From Bdellovibrionales bacterium (GTDB lineage: Bacteria > Bdellovibrionota > Bdellovibrionia > Bdellovibrionales > UBA1609), in contig OZ241877.1 of assembly GCA_965203095.1 (NCBI GenBank), positions 1,376,001 through 1,440,000 on the forward strand: 64,000 nucleotides of DNA. The letters run 5' to 3'. This document shows positions 41,690 through 51,494 of the stretch, piece by piece. Made by a program: the position numbers and the translations under genes. Under the pieces are notes generated by a model. That model searched no databases. It was not told the DNA's origin and saw only the letters and a list, made by a program, of their open reading frames with translations. How positions within the stretch are numbered: the stretch's first letter is position 1; the number at the start of each line of letters is the position of its first letter.

Positions 41690-42211
41690 TCAGTTAAGGT
41701 CGTTCAACTGGGCGAAGTATCTAAAATTTCTGCCTTCATCACCATAGTCTACACCATAGCCCACAACAAAAGCCGATTGATCCACCTCAAAACCTTTAAA
41801 ATCAATAGTGGTTTTTTTAAGAGCCATTGGCTTTACAAGTAAGGCTGTTGTTTTTATGGAGTGAGGTTCCCTTTGTTGTAAATGCTTTTTAACATAATCA
41901 ATGCTCAGCCCTTGATCTGCGATGCAGTCCACCAGCAAAATCTTTTTTCCCTGGACAGAGCTTTTGACATCTAAAGATAAGACGGCCTCTTTTGAGGCAC
42001 TTTTAGAACCCCCATAAAAGGAGACAGAACAAAAATCACATGTCAGCTCCATATCTAACTGCCTGAGCAATTTTGTATAAAACATAAAAGCTCCTTTTAA
42101 GATCCCAATGGCCAATACCTCCTCTTTGCCATAAGTTTTGTTGATCTGCTGGGCCAGCTCAGTGATTTTTTCTTGAATCTGCTTTTCAGAAAATAAAATA
42201 GATGTGTTCAC
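41690..42211 (-). CDS. hpt: Hypoxanthine phosphoribosyltransferase
   Basis: GILKGAFMF, FVVGYGVDY; PRPP loop is divergent (LVDCIADQG). Confidence 0.85.
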   Translation of the reverse strand: MNTSILFSEKQIQEKITELAQQINKTYGKEEVLAIGILKGAFMFYTKLLRQLDMELTCDFCSVSFYGGSKSASKEAVLSLDVKSSVQGKKILLVDCIADQGLSIDYVKKHLQQREPHSIKTTALLVKPMALKKTTIDFKGFEVDQSAFVVGYGVDYGDEGRNFRYFAQLNDLN

Positions 42212-42454
42212 ATTTTCCCCTTTTTACCTAATGGCCCCGGAAAGCTCACAAAAGCTTTAAAATGTCCAAAGCGAAAAGGACTTCTAAAAAATGAGTTAAA
42301 ATAATAAAAACCCATACCTCAACGGATTAGTTTTTTGCTCAAGCCCAAAGTTTCTTTTTAAAAGAATTCCATTTTTCATGAGGTTTGTCAATAACTAAAA
42401 TCTTTGATAAAAATAAGTAATTTTTATACACTTTAGAATAAATCCATTTTTAAA

Positions 42455-42659
42455 TACTCGCTTGTGAAAAAACCCCTAAAAAGCATTATTCTTAAATTTC
42501 TTTATCCAAAGGCCACAGCATTTCGGGACGGCAATACCTTGGACCCTCATGCTGTGGCCTTTAGATAAAAGCAGTTAAAAGGATGGTTTTCCATAAATTT
42601 GCCACTGAGAAATCAGGAAGTGGAGATGAATGGCTAAGGGCTTTTTTCACGAATGAGTA
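42455..42659 (+). mobile_element. Palindromic element copy E (stem type III)
   Basis: TIRs TACTCGCTTGTGAAAAAA / TTTTTTCACGAATGAGTA; stem 42501-42521 with 42549-42569; core at 42533-42545. Confidence 0.8.
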
Positions 42660-42729
42660 AATAGTGGACTTTTTTCATTGAGAGATCACTTTTCTTGATT
42701 TTTTCTCCTTATTTAGCTATTTTTTTGTT

Positions 42730-43878
42730 ATGAAGTATTTTTTGAATTTTTTTTGTTTGAGCCTTTTTTACAGTCCTCCATCTTTTTCTTATATCCCAAA
42801 AGATCCTTTTTTAGAAAACCCCTTAGAGAGACCATATTCAGTTGTTCCGATTATGGGCACTGAGGAGGATCTTTCCCCTAATCAGCTTTTTTTTATGGGG
42901 CAAAAATACCTGTATGGGGATGATGGAGCACCTCAAAACTATAACAGGGCGGCGGAATGGTTCCTCAAAGCTACAAAAAGAGGACATGTAAAAGCTCAAA
43001 CTCAACTTGGGCTTTTGTTTCTTAATGGTATGGGGGTTCATTTGGATTACTCTTTGGCCAGGGAATTGTTTTTAAAATCTGCTGAGCGAGGCGACATAAT
43101 CGCCTATTTTAACCTTGGATATATGCAGTTCAAAGGGTTTTTAGGCCCTCAGAATTATAAGCAAGCTGAGCTATGGCTCAGTAAGGCCGCTCGCCAGGGC
43201 CATGTTCCAGCTCAAACCCTGTTAGGCTGGATATATTATGAAGGTCAAGAAGGTTTGTTCCCCAAGGATTATGAACGGGCTATGATGTGGATGGAAAAGG
43301 CAGGAAATCAAGGGGACAAGCTCGCTCAAAGTTATATGGCCACTGCTTTTTACTACGGATCATGGGGGGTGACTTTAAATCATGAGCAAGCCAGAAAATG
43401 GTATAAGAAAGTGGCAGAACAAGGGGATCAGACGGCCCAATCCAATCTGGCTCATATGTATTTTACAGGTCAAGGAGGACCGGTGGATATTGATCAGGCT
43501 TTCAAATGGTATAAAAAATCAGCAGAGCAGGGTTTTAGCCGGGCACAAAATGACCTCGCCGGCATGTATTTGTATGGCTTAGGCATTCCTCAGGACTATG
43601 AAAAGGCAGTGGAGTGGTATGAAAAAGCGGCAGAACAAGGGGACTCCAAGGCCGCCTACAGACTGGGGGACATATATAGCCAAGAACCTCTTTATGATCT
43701 TGTTCTTGCTTTTTACTGGTCCACTATTTCTATATCCCTTGGGCGAAAAGAAGAAGGCTTAAGCTTAAGGGACTATGTTTTGAGCCTGATGTCACCGGCA
43801 GAAAAAGAGATGGCCCTTCAACTCTTTACCCCTCCTACCAGATCCCATTTTTTGATGGATTCCCAAAAAAAGTTTTAG
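42730..43878 (+). CDS. Secreted Sel1-like repeat protein
   Basis: Signal peptide; about 8 repeats of AQ..LG.MY..G.G...DY..A..W..KAAEQG. Confidence 0.93.
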   Translation: MKYFLNFFCLSLFYSPPSFSYIPKDPFLENPLERPYSVVPIMGTEEDLSPNQLFFMGQKYLYGDDGAPQNYNRAAEWFLKATKRGHVKAQTQLGLLFLNGMGVHLDYSLARELFLKSAERGDIIAYFNLGYMQFKGFLGPQNYKQAELWLSKAARQGHVPAQTLLGWIYYEGQEGLFPKDYERAMMWMEKAGNQGDKLAQSYMATAFYYGSWGVTLNHEQARKWYKKVAEQGDQTAQSNLAHMYFTGQGGPVDIDQAFKWYKKSAEQGFSRAQNDLAGMYLYGLGIPQDYEKAVEWYEKAAEQGDSKAAYRLGDIYSQEPLYDLVLAFYWSTISISLGRKEEGLSLRDYVLSLMSPAEKEMALQLFTPPTRSHFLMDSQKKF

Positions 43879-43951
43879 CACTCAATTTAATAGTTGCATT
43901 TTCTTTTTTTCCCTCTTAGGCTGATTTCATAAACCTTAAGGAACTTCTTTA

Positions 43952-44425
43952 ATGAATAAAATGATTAAAAAAAAAGCCCCCAATTTAACACTTCCGGCCA
44001 CAAGCGGGAAGACAGTGAACCTTCAACAGACCCAAGGTAAAAATATAATTTTATATTTTTACCCTAAAGATGCCACTCCCGGTTGCACTCAAGAGGGAGG
44101 GGATTTTCGAGATCTGTATAAACAAATACAAGAGATAGGGGGGGAAGTTTTTGGAGTATCCCAAGACTCCCTTTCGTCCCATGAAAAATTTAAAAAAAAG
44201 CAAAATTATCCGTTTGAATTGATCAGTGATGGGGCCGGGGTGCTGTGCAGGGCTTTTGATGTTTTAACTGAAAAGTCCATAGCGGGGAAGATATTTAAAG
44301 GCATTTCCCGAAGCACTTTTGTTATTTCTAAAGAGGCTTTTATTGAAAAAGAGTGGAGAGAGGTTAAAGTCCAGGGGCATGCTCAGGAAGTGTTTGACTT
44401 CCTAAAAAGCCTCTCTATTATGTAG
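43952..44425 (+). CDS. bcp: Peroxiredoxin Bcp/PrxQ
   Basis: YFYPKDATPGCTQE. Confidence 0.93.
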   Translation: MNKMIKKKAPNLTLPATSGKTVNLQQTQGKNIILYFYPKDATPGCTQEGGDFRDLYKQIQEIGGEVFGVSQDSLSSHEKFKKKQNYPFELISDGAGVLCRAFDVLTEKSIAGKIFKGISRSTFVISKEAFIEKEWREVKVQGHAQEVFDFLKSLSIM

Positions 44426-44428
44426 GTA

Positions 44429-44633
44429 ATGGATGAAAAAAAATCTCTCCCAAAAAAATCCAAAAATGGAAAAAAAGAAATGTCTCTAAATGATAATCTC
44501 ATCATTCATGGGGACAACCTTCCAAAATTTATTTTGGAATGGAGCTTGTTTCAGAAAAGGAACAAAAAATGATCTTTAAAATCCTTATGGAAAAAACATG
44601 GAAGGAAGATTTAGGTCATTTGATGAGGAAATA
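44429..44633 (+). pseudogene. Probable deletion remnant of a type III R-M locus (Mod N-terminus joined to a 3' gene fragment)
   Basis: 47-aa ORF 44429-44572 contains NDNLIIHGDNL; an overlapping frame ends ...MIFKILMEKTWKEDLGHLMRK*. Confidence 0.55.
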
Positions 44634-44685
44634 ATAAAATAAACTTTTTACTTAAGGACATGGATTAAAAAAACTTTTGTTTATT

Positions 44686-45576
44686 ATGGAATTGGAGATT
44701 CAACAAAACTTTTCCCATAAGCCTGTTTTGACAGAGGAGCTGTTGTCTTTGTTTTCCAAAAAAAATCCACCACAAAAAATTTTGGACTGCTCTTTTGGAA
44801 GAGGAGGGCACAGCCTGGCCTTTTTAAAAGAATTTCCCTTTATGGGAGTCATGGCTTTAGACTGTGATGAACAGGCCATTCAAAGTGGGCTTTCCCTAAA
44901 AGAAACAAAGGAGGGAAAAATAACATTGTTGAAAAAGAATTTTCATAACTTCCCCTCCTCAGCACAAAAAGAGGAATATGATATTATCATTATGGACTTA
45001 GGCCCCAGCTCTCCTCAAATAGATGATAAAAACAGAGGTTTTAGTTTTTATCAGGACGGCCCCTTAGATATGAGAATGGACAGGTCACAAAAATTTAAAG
45101 CCAGCGATATTGTGAATTTTTATAGCAAAAAAGAGCTGGTCCGGCTCTTTCAATCTTATGGAGAGATCAAAAGTCCCTATAAAATTACAGAAAAGCTTTT
45201 GCGAAGACGGCGGGAGAAAAAGTTTGAGCGGACTTTAGAGCTTTCCCAATGGATTCAAAAACATTGGCCTCGGAGGTTTAGCAAAAAACACCCCGCTACT
45301 CCTTGGTTTTTGGCTTTAAGAATAGAAGTCAACCGGGAGTTAGAGGGCCTTCAAAACTCTCTTCCTCAATTTGTGCCTCTGCTAAAACCCGGAGGTTATT
45401 TGGCTGTGATATCCTTTCATTCCCTTGAAGATCGCATTGTGAAAAAGGCTTTTCGCCAATTTGTGACTGCTGGGCAGGGGAGGCTTTTTAATAAAAAAGT
45501 GATCCGCCCTCAGCTTGAGGAAAAACAAAAAAACTATAGAAGCCGTAGTGCCCGGCTGAGGGTTTTTCAAAAATAA
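44686..45576 (+). CDS. rsmH: 16S rRNA m4C1402 methyltransferase
   Basis: HKPVL, DCSFGRGGHS, RGFSF, PLDMRM, SFHSLEDRIVK. Confidence 0.95.
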   Translation: MELEIQQNFSHKPVLTEELLSLFSKKNPPQKILDCSFGRGGHSLAFLKEFPFMGVMALDCDEQAIQSGLSLKETKEGKITLLKKNFHNFPSSAQKEEYDIIIMDLGPSSPQIDDKNRGFSFYQDGPLDMRMDRSQKFKASDIVNFYSKKELVRLFQSYGEIKSPYKITEKLLRRRREKKFERTLELSQWIQKHWPRRFSKKHPATPWFLALRIEVNRELEGLQNSLPQFVPLLKPGGYLAVISFHSLEDRIVKKAFRQFVTAGQGRLFNKKVIRPQLEEKQKNYRSRSARLRVFQK

Positions 45577-45582
45577 AAAACT

Positions 45583-45885
45583 ATGCCTAATAGAATTTTT
45601 AAAAACACAGATTTTAAACCTTTGCTGAGTCTTCTCATCATTTTGAGCACTCTTTTTGCGACTGCTTTTTTAAAAATCACTGGACTTCGCCTGAGCTATT
45701 CCCTCTATCAAGAAAACCAGACATTTGATCAGATTCAGGATAAGCACTACTCCCAACTCAAAATTTATGGGAAAATGACAAAGCCCAGCAGATTGGAGAG
45801 CCTGGCCAAACAACAGGCACTGAGCAAAAAGAAAAAGGGGCAGGTCATACAGGTTATTGATGGCAAAGCACTTATAGTGGATTGA
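45583..45885 (+). CDS. ftsL: FtsL-like cell division protein
   Basis: TM plus coiled coil, PSRLESLA; between rsmH and ftsI. Confidence 0.7.
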   Translation: MPNRIFKNTDFKPLLSLLIILSTLFATAFLKITGLRLSYSLYQENQTFDQIQDKHYSQLKIYGKMTKPSRLESLAKQQALSKKKKGQVIQVIDGKALIVD

Positions 45886-45993
45886 ATGCCCTTGTAATTT
45901 ATGGGAAACTTTAAGGGGTAAAAAACCTAAAGATTTTATGTAAAACTAATCCCCCTTAGTTTTTTTAAAAAATCCAAGGAGGGTGGGCAAAAA

Positions 45994-48000
45994 ATGCTTA
46001 AAGGGAAGTCCATTTCCGACAGAATCTCCGTAGTGATTTTAGTTTTTGCTCTTTTATGGGTGGGGCTGATTTTAAAAAGTGCTTCTCTCCAAATGGGAGG
46101 GCATAAAAAGCTTTCGCAACTTAAAAATAAACTTTTTGAACGGACAGTCACCTTAAAACCCCGGCGAGGGAGCATTTATGATCGATATGGCCGGGAGCTG
46201 GCCATATCCATTCCCTCACTTTCTTTATTTGCTGATCCTTATAAAATGAGTGAGCCTTATTGGGCTGGCAAAAAACTGGCCCCGCTTTTAGATATTCCAA
46301 AAAAAAAATTGATAAAAAAATTAATTGATAAAAAAAGACGATTTGTTTGGCTAAAAAGGCATTTGAGCCAGAGGCAGGCTCAGCAAATCAAATCATGGGG
46401 GATTAAGGGGCTTTATTTTATTAAGGAAAGCCAACGGTTTTATCCTAATGAAAGCTCTCTTTCCCAAGTTTTAGGCTTTACCGGAGTTGAGGGGCAGGGT
46501 TTAGAGGGTGTTGAGAAGCAATATGACTCAGCCCTTAAAGGGGAGACACAAAAAATTTTAATTCAAAGAGATGCCAGAGGTCGCCCTCTGTTTATGGATT
46601 TTTCGCCCTTCATTTCAAAAGTCAGTGGCTTTGATGTGCATTTGACTATAGATAGCGACTTGCAGTTTTATGTGGAAAAGGGCCTCCAGCGGGCTGTGGC
46701 CAGGTCCCAAGCCGAATCGGCTGTGGCCATTGTTCTTTTAGCTAAAAATTCAGAGGTTTTGGCTATGGCTAATATTCCCAACTACAACCCCAATCAGCCT
46801 AAAAAAAGCCCTCTCTCTTACCGGAGGAATCGAGCCGTTACAGATATGTTTGAGCCGGGGAGTGCTCTTAAAACTTTTACTGTGATTTCTGCCTTGCAAA
46901 AAGGTTTGAGTCCTACAGAGCTTTACTCCAGCCATCAGGGGCGGTTAAAAATTGGACAGTCGGTTATCACTGAGGCGGATGAGAAAAAAAAGTTCAAAGC
47001 TCAACTGAATATGTCAGAAATTTTAGCTCTCTCATCCAATGTGGGGGCCGGATCTATAGCCTTGAAGGTAGGCCCAGAGGCTTTGAGGAAAACCTTGAGT
47101 CGTTTTGGTTTTGGAGAAAAAACAGGTTTGGATTTTCCCGGAGAGGCCAAGGGGATTTTAAGGCCCCTGCCTTGGCGAAAGATAGAGACAGCCACCATTG
47201 GTTTTGGCCATGGTATTGCCGGAACGGCTTTGCAAGTGGCCAATGCTTATGCCACTATAGCCAGGGGTGGGGAGTTGAAAAAACCTTTTTTGGTTAAAAA
47301 AATCAGAAACCCTTATACTAATGAAGAAAAACATTTTAAAGGCCAAAGCCTTCGCCGAGTCCTTACTCCGGAAACCGCTCGCTCTATTGCCCTGTTATTA
47401 CTGCCCGTCACAGAGGAGAAAGGCACCGGCTCCAAAGCCGCTGTTCCGGGATATTTTGTGGCTGGCAAAACAGGGACAGCTCAAAAAGTGGACTTCAAAA
47501 ATAAAGGTTATAAAAAAGGGGAATATATAAGTAGTTTTGCCGGCTTTATTCCTGCTCATAAGCCCCAGTTTGTAATTTATTTAATGATTGATGGGGCAAA
47601 AGACAATTTTTATGCCTCCTCTTTAGCGGCCCCTTTGTTTTCTCAAATAGCCTCTTATGCTGTCAGAAGGGCAGGGCTTTCCCCTGCGGTTTTAGATAAA
47701 AAGCTTGTGCTCAACAATAGGGAAAAGGATTTGCCCTTAAAATCTGCCCAGAGGGAAACGGCTGGATTAAAACCGATTCCTAAAGCCGGAGGACCAGCTT
47801 TAAATTCACTTTTAAAAAACAGTGGGGAAAGATCACTTGTTCCCAACCTTATTGGTCTCAGCTTGAGAGAAGTTTTAAACCAAACGCAAGGCCAGGGCTG
47901 GAAGTTAAAAATTTATGGATCGGGCTGGCTCACTCAAACAAAGCCTTCTGTAGGAGAACCTCTTTTAGAAGGCAAAACCCTTCACTTGATTTTTAATTAG
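45994..48000 (+). CDS. ftsI: Class B PBP with PASTA domain
   Basis: RGSIYDR, FEPGSALK, SSN, KTGTAQ, C-terminal VPNLIG. Confidence 0.93.
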   Translation: MLKGKSISDRISVVILVFALLWVGLILKSASLQMGGHKKLSQLKNKLFERTVTLKPRRGSIYDRYGRELAISIPSLSLFADPYKMSEPYWAGKKLAPLLDIPKKKLIKKLIDKKRRFVWLKRHLSQRQAQQIKSWGIKGLYFIKESQRFYPNESSLSQVLGFTGVEGQGLEGVEKQYDSALKGETQKILIQRDARGRPLFMDFSPFISKVSGFDVHLTIDSDLQFYVEKGLQRAVARSQAESAVAIVLLAKNSEVLAMANIPNYNPNQPKKSPLSYRRNRAVTDMFEPGSALKTFTVISALQKGLSPTELYSSHQGRLKIGQSVITEADEKKKFKAQLNMSEILALSSNVGAGSIALKVGPEALRKTLSRFGFGEKTGLDFPGEAKGILRPLPWRKIETATIGFGHGIAGTALQVANAYATIARGGELKKPFLVKKIRNPYTNEEKHFKGQSLRRVLTPETARSIALLLLPVTEEKGTGSKAAVPGYFVAGKTGTAQKVDFKNKGYKKGEYISSFAGFIPAHKPQFVIYLMIDGAKDNFYASSLAAPLFSQIASYAVRRAGLSPAVLDKKLVLNNREKDLPLKSAQRETAGLKPIPKAGGPALNSLLKNSGERSLVPNLIGLSLREVLNQTQGQGWKLKIYGSGWLTQTKPSVGEPLLEGKTLHLIFN

Positions 48001-48250
48001 TCCTTTGTGAAAAAGTCTTCTTATGGAAAAACATAGATCAGATTCTTAAGTAAATTTTTCTTTGTCTTTAAATAAAGGATCATACCTTGACAGCCATAAT
48101 CCTAAAGAGTATCAGTCAAAATATGGCTTTTTATTGGCAGGAGTTCAGCATAATGTTAAAATTCCAAGGGAATCCTTACAGGGCTTTCCTCATCCTTCAA
48201 AATCTTGAGACTCAACACAAGTTTTTGCGAAAGTAGAGGGCTATATTTCC

Positions 48251-49327
48251 ATGATTTACAAATGGCTTTTTGAGCTTTCCTCTTCTTTTCCCGCTTTTAA
48301 TCTCTTCCAATACATTACTTTTCGGTCTTTTTTGGCTTTTTTCACCTCTTTTTTTGTCTGTCTGATTTTAGCTCACTTCTTTATTCGCAAAAGTGCGAAA
48401 AAAGGGATAGGGGAGAAGATCAATGCGGAAGGCCCCAGCTCTCACCACAAAAAAAAAGGCACGCCCACAATGGGAGGGAGTTTTATTTTGTTGGGCCTAC
48501 TCCCTGTCTGTTTGCTGTGGGTAGATATCTCCGAACCTCTGATACAGGCCACAATGATTTTGGTTTATGGCTTTGCAGGTATTGGCCTTTGGGATGATCT
48601 TTTAAAATTCAGAAGGGAAAACAGCCGGGGGATTAAAATCCGATGGAGGCTCTTAATGGAGTTCAGCCTGTCGTTTGCTGTTTTAGCTGGAATGGCTTAT
48701 GAAGGCCATATTTCCACAAACTTGTTTTTGCCTTTTTTTAAAGACTTGAGCCTAAATATGGGTTGGGCCTACTTGCTATTTGGTTCTTTAGTTATTACTG
48801 GTTCTGCCAATGCTGTAAATTTGACAGATGGTTTGGATGGTTTGGCTATTTTCCCCGTAATGATTTGTGCCTCCACACTGTTTGTTTTATCTTATTTGGC
48901 AGGCCACCATGAGCTGGCCGGATATTTGCATATTCCCTTTGTTGCGGGAGCTGGTGAGTTAAGCCCGCTCGCGGCCTCTGTAGTGGCATGTTGCTTGGGC
49001 TTTTTGTGGTATAACTCTTACCCTGCACAGGTCTTTATGGGAGATGTGGGATCTTTAGGGCTGGGGAGTTTTTTAGGTATTACTGCTGTTTTAACAAAAA
49101 ATGAAATTTTATTGTCTATTTTTGGAGGAGTTTTTACAGCAGAGGCCCTTTCTGTTATTTTTCAAGTTTTTTCTTACAAATTGACGGGGAAAAGAATTTT
49201 CAAAATGGCCCCTTTGCACCACCACTTTGAGCTGAAGGGGATGGAGGAGTCCAAAATTATTGTCCGGTTTTGGATTATCTCCATTTTATTGGCTGTTTTT
49301 AGCCTGGCGGCTTTAAAGATCCGCTAA
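48251..49327 (+). CDS. mraY: Phospho-N-acetylmuramoyl-pentapeptide transferase
   Basis: GTPTMGG, NAVNLTDGLDG, FMGDVGS, MAPLHHHFE. Confidence 0.97.
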   Translation: MIYKWLFELSSSFPAFNLFQYITFRSFLAFFTSFFVCLILAHFFIRKSAKKGIGEKINAEGPSSHHKKKGTPTMGGSFILLGLLPVCLLWVDISEPLIQATMILVYGFAGIGLWDDLLKFRRENSRGIKIRWRLLMEFSLSFAVLAGMAYEGHISTNLFLPFFKDLSLNMGWAYLLFGSLVITGSANAVNLTDGLDGLAIFPVMICASTLFVLSYLAGHHELAGYLHIPFVAGAGELSPLAASVVACCLGFLWYNSYPAQVFMGDVGSLGLGSFLGITAVLTKNEILLSIFGGVFTAEALSVIFQVFSYKLTGKRIFKMAPLHHHFELKGMEESKIIVRFWIISILLAVFSLAALKIR

Positions 49328-49375
49328 GTTGAAAGCTTGCAAAGTTTTTTTTTATATGATAGGAAGTTGATCATA

Positions 49376-50764
49376 ATGCCCGCTCCACTCAGTGATCTTG
49401 CAGGAAAAAAGGTAGCCGTTATCGGTTTAGGGAAAACGGGTAGGGCCCTTTCGCGTTTTTTGTTAAAACATGGAGCAGAGGTCTTAATCAGTGACCATAA
49501 ATCCGAGGCGGAGCTTTCTTCCAGTTTAGAGGCCGTTCAGGATTTGCCTCTCAAGTTTGAATTGGAGGGGCACAACCCTAAAAGCCTCATTCAACAAGAC
49601 TATGTTATCCTCAGTCCGGGGATCCCACTCCATCTCAAACTTTTTGATTATATAAAAAGCCATGGGGTTCAGGTCACAGGAGAATTTGAGTTTGCCTCTC
49701 GCTTTATTGAAGAGCCGATGGTGGTGATTACAGGCACTAATGGGAAAACCACTGTTTTAGAGTTGGCTCAGCTGTTTTTAAAAAAATCCGGTGTGAATGT
49801 TTGGTGTGGGGGGAATTATAAAACCCCGCTCAGCCAATACCTCTATGAAGGGGAAAAGGCAGATGTTCTTCTGGTGGAAGCCTCCAGTTTTATGCTGGAA
49901 CATGTCCAACAGATGGCCCCCACTAACATTGTATTTACCAACTTGGCACAAAGCCACTTGGACCGATACGCCAGTATGCAGGATTATATGCAGGCTAAAA
50001 GAAAGGTTTTTACAAATACTCATGAAAAAACCACCAGTATTTTGAATGCAGACAGCAATGCCATAATAGAGATGGCCCGGGATCCTTTGGTTCAAAGAGG
50101 AAAAATTTTTTACTTCTCCACCAGAAAAATTTTAAAACCGCAAATTATGAATATTGGGGGGGCTGTGGCCATTGATGGCGAAGTGCATGCACGAACCCGC
50201 CCGGAAATAGAGTTTTATAACTTAAAAAACACTCCTCTTAAGGGAAGGCACTCTCAGGAAAACATTATGGCGGCCATCCTTATTGCCAAAGAGCACGGAG
50301 GGACATGGATGCATATTCAAAGAGGAATTGATGAGTATAAGGGAAGTGCTCACCGCATGGAGTATGTTCGCCGTGTGGGCGGGGTGAATTTTTATAATGA
50401 TTCCAAAGCCACTAATGTTCATGCTGTTAGCCGAGCCTTAGAATCTTTTGAGGACAATGTAATTTTAATCATGGGGGGGAAGGACATTGGCTTAAACTAC
50501 AAGCCCTTAGCAGAAAGTATTCGCCGGAAAGTCAAAAGCCTGATTCTTGTGGGCGAAGCTAAAGAGAGCATCAACCGCCATATTGGAGATTATAGCGAAA
50601 CTTTTTTGATTGGGACTTTTGACGAGGCCATTTTTATCAGTTATCAAAAATCTCGTATTAAGGACATTGTGCTTTTGTCCCCTGGTTGCCCCAGTTTTGA
50701 CACCTTTAGCTCTTATGAGGAGCGAGGTAATTATTTTAAAAATTTAGTTCAAAAATTTAAATAA
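49376..50764 (+). CDS. murD: UDP-N-acetylmuramoyl-L-alanine--D-glutamate ligase
   Basis: GLGKTG, ITGTNGKTT, HLDRY, NDSKATN, LLSPGCPSFD. Confidence 0.95.
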   Translation: MPAPLSDLAGKKVAVIGLGKTGRALSRFLLKHGAEVLISDHKSEAELSSSLEAVQDLPLKFELEGHNPKSLIQQDYVILSPGIPLHLKLFDYIKSHGVQVTGEFEFASRFIEEPMVVITGTNGKTTVLELAQLFLKKSGVNVWCGGNYKTPLSQYLYEGEKADVLLVEASSFMLEHVQQMAPTNIVFTNLAQSHLDRYASMQDYMQAKRKVFTNTHEKTTSILNADSNAIIEMARDPLVQRGKIFYFSTRKILKPQIMNIGGAVAIDGEVHARTRPEIEFYNLKNTPLKGRHSQENIMAAILIAKEHGGTWMHIQRGIDEYKGSAHRMEYVRRVGGVNFYNDSKATNVHAVSRALESFEDNVILIMGGKDIGLNYKPLAESIRRKVKSLILVGEAKESINRHIGDYSETFLIGTFDEAIFISYQKSRIKDIVLLSPGCPSFDTFSSYEERGNYFKNLVQKFK

Positions 50765-50782
50765 TTCTGTTATCTTTATTTT

Positions 50783-51466
50783 ATGAGATTTTTCTGTCTT
50801 TTATCGTTATCTCTTTTTTTGTTGGCTTGCGATGATCTTTATAGTTCCCCACCCTCTACAGTTTCTCCATATCAAACAACTCCATTTCAACAAGCTGAAG
50901 AAGATAAGGCCAGCTTAAAGAAAGCCCCTGCCGAAGAGAGGTTTGGGGTGGTCCGATGCAATAAGAGTCAATATTCCCACTTTAATAATGAATTGTTGGG
51001 TTTTTTATCCACTACAAAAAAACCTGAGGAGATACAAGGTCCTGTGAATTGTTTAAAAGACAGAAAAGATATTAAAGGGGGCATGTTGCTTACCGGTGAG
51101 ATCTTTTTTGAAGGTAATGAGCTTTTTGATCTTGAAAATCCCCCTTCTAATTTAGAACTTACTAAAAGTTCTTACTTAGAGATTCATATTGTAAATACAC
51201 ACAATAAGGCCATTGCGGTTTTGAAAATGCCTGCTGTTCCCACGGCCAGCACAGTTTCCGGAAACAGTGCGGTTTTGACTTTTGAAGACAAAAAAGGCCG
51301 GGTGTCCTTAGACGGAGTTGTTAATGAGAAGGATGTTTTCACAGGGCCTTTTAAATATGAAAACTTTGTGAATTGGCAGGGGGGAGCAGGAGCCAGCGGG
51401 ACCATTGGTTATTTTTATATTCCCGTTTGCCGTCTTTTTAAATGCCAGGTAGGGGATGAAGACTGA
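50783..51466 (+). CDS. Hypothetical lipoprotein
   Basis: Lipobox LLAC; beta-rich body; C-terminal C..F.C. Confidence 0.7.
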   Translation: MRFFCLLSLSLFLLACDDLYSSPPSTVSPYQTTPFQQAEEDKASLKKAPAEERFGVVRCNKSQYSHFNNELLGFLSTTKKPEEIQGPVNCLKDRKDIKGGMLLTGEIFFEGNELFDLENPPSNLELTKSSYLEIHIVNTHNKAIAVLKMPAVPTASTVSGNSAVLTFEDKKGRVSLDGVVNEKDVFTGPFKYENFVNWQGGAGASGTIGYFYIPVCRLFKCQVGDED

Positions 51467-51494
51467 CAATCCTCAGAAGGGAGGGCTGGCCTAT

